DNA of 64,000 bases from contig MU053588.1 in the NCBI GenBank assembly GCA_013239625.1, forward strand, positions 1,994,508 to 2,058,507, given 5' to 3'. Numbering within the stretch: the stretch's first letter is position 1; each line of letters starts with the position of its first letter. This DNA comes from Lama guanicoe. Taxonomy: Eukaryota. The position numbers were made by a program, and so were the translations under genes. The notes beneath the pieces are model-generated. The model was not told the DNA's origin, ran no database searches, and was given only the letters and a program-made list of their open reading frames with translations. This document shows, in pieces, positions 53,975 to 64,000 of the stretch.

Positions 53975-54335
53975 AATGTATGGTGATGCAGATCAAGAGA
54001 GAGAAACTGGAAAGTTTTTTACAGTTTAGTATACCCACAGTTCCCTGGGGAGAATACAGCAGGCCATGCAGGATCATACTCTAGGGAAGCATCAGGGTCA
54101 TACACAAGGCAGAGGGAGAGAGAACTGTGCATAAGCATCTTTATTGTGGTTTCTGTGGAAAAGAATGGACACAAGGTAAGGCAGTCATGCTTATGAATGC
54201 TACTTTGAATTTCAGTAAGCTCTGGGGACTACAGTCTGTCATTAGTTGTCTAATACCTGGCTTTAGGGCAATAAGGGCAAAAGGACAGTGGCCTGGAGTG
54301 TGAGAACCCAATAAGGGAAGTGGTTAGGGGTGTGA
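53975..54335 (-). mobile_element. Partial ERVL-type LTR
   Basis: Antisense AATAAA (CTTTATTGTGGTTTC at ~54139) in an LTR-like context; family uncertain. Confidence 0.5.
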
Positions 54336-55995
54336 GAATTCTACCAAACATTTAGAGAAGCATTAACAATAACCCTTTTCAAACTATTTCAAAATATCGA
54401 GGAGGTAGAAATGCATCCAAACTCATTCTACAAGGCCAACATCACCCTAATACCAAAACCAGACAAAGATATCACCAAAAAACAAAAAGAAAATGACATC
54501 ACTGATGAACAATATTACTGACGAACAGTTACAAAAGATCCTCACCAAAATTAGCAAACCGAATTCAATAACATATTAAAAGAATCATACACCAGGATCA
54601 AGTGTGATTTATCCAAGGAATGTAAGGAAGGTTCAATATCTGCAAATCAGTAAATCTGTTACAACACATTAACAAGTTGAAAAATAAAGATCATAGGATC
54701 CTCTGAACAGATGCAGAAAAAGCTGTTCACAAAATTCAACATCCATCTATGATTAAAAAAAAAAACTCTCAACAAAGTGGGTGTGAGGGGAACATACTTC
54801 AACATAATAAAAAGGCCAAAAAGACAAACCAACAGTCAGCATCATACTCTAAATGGTGAAAAGCCAAAAGCATTTTCTCTAAGATCAGGAATAAAACAAG
54901 AATGCCCACTCTTACCACTTTTATTCAACATATATTAGAAGTTCTAGACATAGCAAGTGGACAAGAAAAATAAAAGGAATCCAAATTGGAAACAAAGAAG
55001 AAAAACTGTCACTGTTTGTAGATGATGTGATACAATACATAGAAAATCCTCAAGATGCCACCAAAAATCTATTAGAACTAATAAATAAATTCACTAAAAT
55101 TTCAGGATACAGAAATCTGTTGCATTTCTATCTACTAATGTACTATCAGAAAGAGAAATTTGAAAACAATCCCAGTTACAACTGCATCAAAAAGAAAAAA
55201 TTCCTAGGAATAAATCTAACCAAGAAGATAAAAGACCTATACTCAGAAAACTATAAGACATTGCTGAAAGAAACTGAAGTTGACACAAACAAATAGAAAG
55301 AAAATTGTTCTTCTCACAAATTGGAAAAATTACTGTTCTTAAAATGACCATACTCACCAGGCAATCTACAAATTCAATGAAATCCCTATCAAAATACCAA
55401 TGGCATTTTTCACAGAATTGGAACAAATAATTCTAAAATTTGTATGTAAACACAAAAGACCCTGAATAGCTGTAACAATCTTAAGGAAGAAGAATAAAGC
55501 CGGAGGTATAGCACTTCCTAATTTCAAACTATACTACAAAGCTACAGTATCGTACTGGCACAAAAACAGACACATAAATCAGTTGGACTGCATAGAGAAC
55601 CCAGAAATGAACCCACACTTACATGGAAAATTAATCTATGACAAAGGAGGCAAGAATATATAATAGGAAAGACAGCCTCTTCAACAAATAATGCTGGGAA
55701 AACTGGACAGCTACATTTAAAAGACTGAAATTGGAACATTTTCTTACGTTCTAATTTCAACGAATACAGATACAAAAATAAACTCAAAATGTATTAAAGG
55801 CTTAAATGTAAGCCCTGAAACCATAAAACTCCTCAAAGAGAACATAAGCAGAAGACTCTTTGACATAAATCATAGCAATATTTTTTGGACCTTTCTCCTA
55901 AGACAAAAGAAACAAACAAAAAAAATAAACAAATGGGACCCAATTAACTGAAAAGCTTTTGCACAGAAAAAGAAACCACTGATATAAAGGCTACC
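54336..55995 (+). mobile_element. Decayed L1 ORF2 fragment
   Basis: GAATTCTACCAAACATTT..., LFVDD (FADD) at ~55012, YIENPQDATKNLLELINKF. Confidence 0.9.
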
Positions 55996-55999
55996 TACT

Positions 56000-58036
56000 G
56001 GGGATTTTCTGGTCAAGATGGTGGAGTAGCAGGACCATGAGCTCGCCTCTCCTTGCAACTACAACAAAACTACAATTGACTGCTAAACAACCAATGAGGG
56101 GAAAAAGACTGGAACTTAGCAAAAAAAGATCTTCTTCAACTGGAAACAAAGAGGGAACCACAGTGGGACAGTAGGAGGGGCTTGCTTGCAATATAATCAG
56201 GCCATTATCCCCCAAATGTGGGACCAACAAAGCTGAAAAATAATTAAATAACAGAGGCCCTCCCACAGGAGTGAGAGTTCTGAGCCCCACATCAGGCTCC
56301 CCAGCCTGGGGTTCTGGTAGTGGGAGGAGGAGACCCCAGGACATCTGGTTTTGAAGGCCAGTGGTGCTTAACTTCAGGAACCTCATGGGGCAGAGACTTC
56401 ATTCTTTTGGGAAATTTACACAGAATCTCATGTGCTCCAGGTCCAAGGGCAGAGGCAGTGATTTCACAGGAACCTGGGCCAGATCTGTCTGCTGGTTTTG
56501 GGAATAGGGGATGGCTGTGGCTCACCCAGGGTACATGAAAGCTGGTGGCAGATATTCCAAGTAAGTGTTCACCTACATGAGCTTTCTGGAGGCTGACATC
56601 TTGATTGGATCATTACCACCAAGACCCAGTCCCACCCAACAGCCTGTAGGGTTAAGTACTGGGAAGCCTCAAGCCAAACAACATACTGGGTGGGAACACA
56701 GCCTCACTTGCCAGCAGATTTCTTGAGCCACAAACACCTCTAGACATGGCCTTACCCACCAGAGATCCAGGACCAAACTTCATCCAGCAGTGTGCAGGCA
56801 CTGACTACTCCTGCCAGAAAACTGGCATAAGCCTCTAGTCCAGCTTCATCCACTAGGAGGAAGATACCAGAAATGAGGAAACAACAATCCCAAAGCCTTT
56901 GGAAGGAATCCACAAACACAGGTCAGACTCTACCGTGGGACTGGCTGGACCCTGGCCCTTGGATGACAAGAGAGGAGTGTACTGCTGGGATGCATAGGAT
57001 GTCTCCCACTGAGGGCCACTTCTCCAAGGTTGAGAAACATAACTAACCTACCTAAAAATACAAATAGAAAGATAGACAATATGAGGCAGCAAAGGAATAT
57101 CTTCCAGGCAAAGGCGTAAGATAAAATCCCAGAAAAAGAAGTAAGTGATGAGGAGATAGGCAGTTTATCTGAGAAAGAGTTTAAAGTAATGATGGTGAAG
57201 ATGTTCAGAGAACTCAAGAGGAGTATAGATGCATAGAGTGAAGTTTTAGCAAAGAGTTGGAAAATATAAAGAATATCCAAATAGAGTTGAAGAATAAAAT
57301 CACTGAAATGAATAACACACTAGAAGGAACCAAGAATAGACTAAATGAGGCAGAAGAATGGATCAGTGAGCTAGAAGGCAGATTAGTGGAAATCACTACT
57401 GCAGAACAGAAAAAAGAAAAAAGAATGAAAAGAAATGAAGATAGTTGAAGAGAACTCTGGGACAACATGAAGTGCACTAATATTCGCATTATAGGGGTCT
57501 CAGAAAGAGAAAAGAGACAGAAAGGACCTGAGAAAATTTTTGAAGAGATAATTACTGAAAACTTCCCTAACTTGGGAAAGGATAGGTCATCCAAGTCCAG
57601 GAAGTGCAGAGAGTTCCATACAGAATCAACCCAAAGAGGAACACACCAAGGCACACAGTAATCAAATAGACAAAAATTAAGGATAAGGAGTAAACATTAA
57701 AATCAGCAAGAGAAAAGCAACAAATAACATACAAGGGAACTTCCATAAGGTTATCAGCTGATTTTTCAGCAGAAACTCTACAGGACAGAAGGGAGTGGCA
57801 TGATACATTTAAAGTAATAAAAGGGAAAAATCTACAACCAAGAATACTCTACCTAGCAAGGCTCTCATTCAGATTTAATAGAGAAATCAAAAGCTTCAAG
57901 AAATCAAAAACAGATAAGCAAAAGCCAAAAGAATACAGCACCACCAAGCCAGCTTTACAACAAATGTTAAAGGAACTTCTCTAGTCATCAAACCGTAAGA
58001 AAAGAGAACAAAAAGAAGAGAGAAAGACCTACAAAA
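56000..58036 (+). mobile_element. L1 5'UTR and ORF1, same family as the element at 7408, 3'-truncated
   Basis: GGGGATTTTCTGGTCAAGATGG start, colinear with 7408-9360; ORF1 peptide NRLNEAEEWISELEGRLVEIT. Confidence 0.92.
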
Positions 58037-58535
58037 GGTTGCTTTGGCAATTTGGGGTCTTTTATGGTTACATATAAATTTTGGAATTATTTGTTCTAGT
58101 TCAGTGAAAAATGTGGTGGGTATTCTGACAGGGGTTGCATTGGATCTGTAGGTTGTTTTGGGTAGTACAGCCATTTTGATAATGTTGATTATTCCAATCC
58201 AAGAGCACAAGATATCTTTCCATTTCTTTGTATCATTTTCAATTTCCTTCATCAGTGTTTTACAGTTTTCAGAGTATAGGTAACCCCCTTGGTTAAGTTT
58301 ATTTCTAGGTATTTTGTTGGTTTTGATGCAATGGAAATGTTTATGCCAGTTATAAAATTCTGGTTTTTGAATTAAAAAAAGTGAATGAAGGGCTGCAAAT
58401 GGCAAAATATCCTTCTTTCTTATAGATATGAGTTGTATTCCATTACATATATGTGCTATATCTTCTTTATCCATTCATCTATTGATGTGCATTTAAGATG
58501 CTTCCATATTTCGGCAATTATAAATAGTGTTGCTT
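58037..58535 (-). mobile_element. Antisense L1 fragments (patchwork)
   Basis: Minus-strand peptide [23 protein letters not shown]...FFTELEQII, plus a separate 3'-end piece. Confidence 0.75.
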
Positions 58536-58861
58536 TTTTTTTTTAAAGAATCCTCTATCTTGCAAAACCGTCCTTCAAAAGTGAGGAAGAAATTAATACA
58601 TTCTCAGGTAAACAAAAGCTGAAGGAGTTCATGACCAGTCGACCTACCCTGCAAGAATAGCTCACGGGAGTTCTGCCAGGTAAAATGAAGACACTGAACA
58701 ATTAACTTAAAGCCACATAGAGAAACAAAGATCTCAATACAGGTAAATATATAGACAATTATAAAAGCTAGTATATAATGGTTTATAGTTCTTTTTTTTT
58801 GCTTTCTGCATGATTTAAGACACATACACTTAAAGGAAAAAATTATTGGTATAAAAGCTAG

Positions 58862-59488
58862 TGAGGTGTGTCTGAGATTAAGCTTTTTGATTGCAGAATA
58901 AGTACCTGGCATAAGGCTTTTGATTGCTGAGGCATCTATTTCAAAGGACATTCATCTTGAATAAATATACTGTCAGCAGTTTGACACAACTACTAGCAAA
59001 ACAACAAGATAAGGAATTAGGCTGCCCCACCCATGAAGTTCCCCCTTTCAAAAATTCCTGGGTAATCTAGATAACTGTCCACTTGAGTGAGCCTAATTCT
59101 CCCTTTTGCTGCCCTAATTTCTGCTCTTAGGCTTTATGTTAGCCAACAAAGAGTGAACCTGTGAAACCCTACACACTCCATCCTCGATCCCTAATAAAGG
59201 CAGAGCACTGGGTCTGCACTCTATATATGCAATCTCACCATGTGGCCCTTGGACATGCCATATATCCTCTAGGACCTGTGAGTAATAAAACTGTTCTTCA
59301 AGGTTCCCTGATAGTTGTTGCTGAGGTGTGTACATAATAAGAACTACAAGCACCAGTCCAGTCACAACAGTAGCTCTAGTGGGGGAAATGTCTGTGAGGA
59401 TTCACTACAAGTCATATGGGCTTGGACAAGTATCTCAGGCATTCTTAGCCAACAGTATCACTATCAATAGGCTGGGAATGACACAACA
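58862..59488 (+). mobile_element. Solo LTR (ERVL-like)
   Basis: TG...CA termini, AATAAA at ~59284, 5-bp TSD GCTAG/TCTAG with one mismatch. Confidence 0.75.
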
Positions 59489-60915
59489 TCTAGAATTACT
59501 GTAACTTTGGTTTGTAACTTCAAATCTTATTTTCTACATAATTTAAGAGACTAATGCATTTAAAAGAATACTAGCTTATGTTTTGGGGCACACAAGTATA
59601 AAGACATAATTATGTGACATTAGCAACTCAAAGGGGTGGAGCAGGGCTACAAAGGAGCAGATTTTTTTGTATGTTAATGAAATTAAGCTGGTATAAATTC
59701 AAATTAGGATGTTAAATGTAATCCCTATGGTAGCTACAAAGAAAACACCTATAAACTATACATAAAAGGAAACAAGAAAGGAATTTAAACATTTCACTAC
59801 AGAAAAAAATCAACTAAACACAAAAGAAGACAGTAATACAGGAAGTGAGGGATGAAAAAGTTATAAGGTATATAGAAAACAAATAGTACAATGACATAAG
59901 CAAGTCTCTACTTATCAACAATTACTTTAAATGTAAATGGATTAAACTCTTCAAATCAAAAGACAGGTATTGGCAGAATGGATTAAAAAACATGATCCAA
60001 CTATATGCTTTTTATTAGAGACTCACTTGAGACCCAATGACACAAACAGGCTGAAATTAAAAGGATAGAAAAAGATTTTCCATGTAAATAGTAAACAACA
60101 GAGAGCAGGTGTGGCTATAGTAATATCAGAAAAAATAGACTTCAAATTTTAAAAAGTCACAAGAAACAAAGGACATTAATATATATTAATAAAAGGTTCA
60201 GTACAGAAAGAAGATATAACAATTACTAGCATTTATGCACCTAATGACAGAGCATCAAAATATATGAAACAAAAACTGACAGAACTGAAGGAAGAAACAG
60301 ACAGCTCTATAATAATAGCTGAAGACTGCAATACCTTACTCACAATAATGGATAGAACAAGACAGAATATAAGTAAGGAAACAGATGACTTAACACAATA
60401 AACCAACTAGATCTACCAGACATACAGAACAATCTGCCCAACAACAAAATACACATTCCTCTCAAGTGCACATGGGACATTTTCCAGGATACACTATATG
60501 TTAGGCCACAAATTAAGTCTCAATAGATTTAACAAAACAGGTATTATACAAAGTATCTTTACTGACCACAACATGATAAAGCTAGATATTAGTAACAAAA
60601 AACTGGAAAATCCACAAAATTGTAGAAATTAATTCATTTTTAAACATCCAGTGGATCAAAGAAGATATTACAAGGAAATCATAAAATACTTAGACATGAA
60701 CAAAAACAAAAATACAACAGACCAAAACTTATGAAATGCAGCAAAAGTGATGCTAAGAGGAAAATTTATAACTAAAAACAATTACATTAAAAAAAACAAG
60801 AAAAATTTAAAATCAACAACCTAACTTTACAACTAAAGGAATGGAAAAAAAAGATGAACAAATTAAATCCAAAGCCAGAAGAAAGGAAATAATAAAGATT
60901 AATATAGATAAGAGA

Positions 60916-63072
60916 GAGATTTATTCCTAGGTGTTTTCTTACTTTGGGTGCTATTTTAAAGGGGATTGTTTCTTTATTTTCTTTTTCTGTTGATTCATTG
61001 TTAGTGTAAAGAAATGCTACTGATTTTTGAGTGTTAATCTTGTAACCTGCTACCTTGCTGAATTCTTCAATCAGCTCTAGTAGTTTTTGTGTGGACCTTT
61101 TAGGGTTTTCTATATATAGATATATATAGTAACACCAGCATATAGTGATACTTTTACCTCTTCTTTTCCAATTTGGATCCCTTTTATTTCTCTCTCTTGC
61201 CTGATTGCTGTGGCTGGGACTTCCAAGACTATGCTGAATAGGAGTGGTGATAGTGGGCATCTTATACACAGAAAACTATAAACCACTGATGAAGGAAATT
61301 AAAGAAGACTTAAAAAAATGGAAAGATATCCCATGCTCTTGGATTGGAAGAATCAATATTGTTAAAATGGTCACACTGCCCAAGGAAATCTACAGATTTA
61401 ATGCAATCCCTATCAAATTACCCAGGATGTATTTCACAGAACTAGAACAAATCATAATAAAATTTATATGGAACCACAGAAGACCTAGAATTGCCAAAGC
61501 ATTACTGAAGAAAAAGAAAGAGGATGGAGGAATAACTCTCCCAGACTTCAGACAATACTATAGAGCTACAGTGATCAAAACAGCATGGTATTGGTACAAA
61601 ACCAGACATATGGACCAATGGAATAGAATAGAGAGCCCAGAAATGAACCCACAAACTTTTGGTCAACTCATATTTGACAAAGAGGCAAGACTATACAATG
61701 GAATAAAGACAGTCTCTTCAGCAAATGGTGTTGGGAAAACTGGACAGCAGCATGTAAAGCAATGAAACTAGAACACTCCCTTACACCATACACAAAAATA
61801 AACTTAAAATGGATCAAAGACTTAAACATAAGACAAGATACAATAAACCTCCTAGAAGAAAATATAGGCAAAACATTATCTGACATACATCTCAAAAATG
61901 TTCTCCTAGGGCAGTCTACTCAAGCAATAGAAATAAAAGCAAGAATAAACAAATGGGACCTAATTAAACTTACAAACTTCTGCATAGCAAAGGTAACCAT
62001 AAGTAAAACAAAACGACAACCTATGGAATGGGAGAAAATTTTTGCAAATGAAACCGACAAAGGCTTGATCTCGAGAATATATAAGCAGCTCATATGACTT
62101 AATAAGAAAAAAACAAACCCAATCCAAAACTTGGCAGAAGATCTAAACAAGCAATTCTCCAAGGAAGAAATACAAATGATCAACAAGCACATGAAAAAAT
62201 GCTCAATATCACTAATCATCAGAGAAGTGCAAATCAAAACTACAATGAAGTATCGCCTCACACCAGTCAGAATGGCCATCATTCAAAAGTCTACAAATGA
62301 CAAATGCTGGAGAGGCTGTGGAGAAAAGGGAACCCTCCTACACTGCTGGTGGGAATGCAGTTTGGTGCAGCCACTGTGGAAAACAGTATGGAGATTCCTC
62401 AAAAGACTAGGAATAGTCTTACCATATGACCCAGGAATCCCGCTCCTGGGCATATATCCAGAAGGAAACTTACTCCAAAATGACACCTGCACCCCAATGT
62501 TCATAGCAGCACTATTTACAGTAGCCAAGACATGGAAACAGCCTAAATGTCCATCAACGCAGATGACTGGATAAAGAAGAAGTGGTATATTTATACAATG
62601 GAATACTACTCAGCCATAAAAACCGACAACGTAACGCCATTTGCAGCAACATAGATGCTCCTGGAGAATGTCATTCTAAGTGAAGTAAGCCAGAAAAAGA
62701 AAGAAAAATACCACATGAGATCTCTCATATGTGGAATCTAAACTTAAAAACAAAGAAACAAACAAAACATAAATACAAAACAGAAATAGACTCATAGACA
62801 TAGAATACAAACTTGTGGTTGCCAAGGGGGCGAGGAGTGGGAAGGGATAGACTGGGATTTCAAAATGTAGAATAGATAAGATTATACTGTATAGCACAGG
62901 GAAATATATACAAGATCTTATGGTAGCTCACAGAGAAAAAAATGTGACAATGAATATATATATGTTCATGTATAACTGAAAAATTGTGTTTTACACTGGA
63001 ATTTGACACAACATTGTAAAATTATTGTAAATCAATAAAAAATGTTAAATATATATATAGATAGATAGATAG
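60916..63072 (+). mobile_element. Young 5'-inverted L1 insertion (twin priming)
   Basis: 60917-61260 antisense ORF2, 61261-63050 sense ORF2 C-terminus and 3'UTR, same family as 11968-13311; TSD ATAGATAAGAGA at 60904-60915 and 63073-63084. Confidence 0.9.
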
Positions 63073-64000
63073 ATAGATAAGAGATAAGAGATAAAACAGA
63101 ATAGAAAAACAAAAGAGAAAATCAATAAAATCAAAGTTGGTTCTTTGAAAAGACCAACAAAATTTACAAATCTTTAGATATACTAAGAAAAAAAGAGAGA
63201 CACTTCTAATTACTAAAATCAGAAGTGACTGTGGGAACATTACAAGTGATTAATCAGAAATAAAAAGGATTATAAGAGAGTATTATGAACAACTGTATGC
63301 CAACAAACTGGATAACCTAGGTGAACAGACATATCCTAGAAACATACAATCTACCAAGATTGATTGTGGTCATAATTCATATGAAGAAATAGAAAATCTG
63401 AACAGACTAATAACAAGGAGATTGAATCAATAATAAAAATCTCCCTATAAAGAAAAGCCCTGGACCCGATGATTTCACTGGTGAATTTAACCAAACACTT
63501 AAAGAAGAATTAATACCCATCCTGCTTGAACTCTCTCCCTCAAACTGAAAAGGAACATTCCCAAACTCATTTTACTAGGCCATCATTATACTGATACCAA
63601 AGTCAGATAAGTACACTACAAGAAAACTACAGGCCAATATTCCTGGTGAATACACATGTAAAAATTCTCAAAATACTAGCAAACCAAATTCATCAGCAAA
63701 TTAAAAGGACCATATACCATGACCAAGTAAGATCTAGCCCTGGGATGCAATGATGTTTCAACATACACTGGGGATCAAGTACTGAATAATGACAAAACAA
63801 GGTTCTGGTCAAAAGAATCTTGGTTTCCTGTATATACTTGAAGGATACAGATTTTTTACAGAATGTAGCTTCAGCCACATTCCATAAGTTCAATTATGTT
63901 GACATCTTAATGTCATTCATTCCTGAATAGTCTATTTCAATTTTCATTTCTGTTTGATCCAGGATTTAAATACACACGATTATAAATTTCCAGAGAGATG

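Larger units (their letters stand above)
58545..63765 (+). mobile_element. Old L1 (ORF1 end, ORF2 endonuclease region) interrupted by an LTR and a young L1
   Basis: ORF2 start-like ACTTTAAATGTAAATGGATTAAAC at ~59924; sequence resumes colinearly at 63085 after the insertion. Confidence 0.85.

Noticed and set aside
57896..58474. 192-aa minus-strand ORF
   Set aside because: Chimera of adjacent L1 fragments and intervening sequence.
60787..62574. Long ORFs of 111-173 aa as host genes
   Set aside because: They are L1 ORF2 fragments broken by frameshifts and an inversion.

Overview
Mammalian genomic DNA, most likely a camelid, judged from its tRNA-derived SINEs and young L1 3' ends. Two intact + strand genes are present. 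PSMC4 (proteasome AAA-ATPase Rpt3) has 11 coding exons at 26854-35258, encodes 418 aa and contains a U12-type intron 9. The KRAB zinc-finger gene ZNF546 has 4 coding exons at 44380-50649 and encodes 782 aa with 22 C2H2 fingers. Each gene has a CpG-island promoter with a ZNF143-type motif. Positions 1-26 kb and 53-64 kb are almost entirely nested ERV/LTR, L1, SINE and DNA-transposon relics. I found no prokaryotic features, CRISPR arrays or intact mobile-element ORFs, and I cannot demonstrate a new biological system. The best leads are: a probable divergent antisense transcript from the ZNF546 promoter, paired with a palindromic two-strand poly(A) signal at the PSMC4 3' end; the minor-spliceosome intron; an ARE abutting the PSMC4 start codon; a cryptic ~30-bp minisatellite in PSMC4 intron 1; block duplication and 3' decay of the zinc-finger array; and two twin-primed L1 insertions. 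Repeat family names come from recall of consensus sequences and need RepeatMasker/Dfam confirmation.
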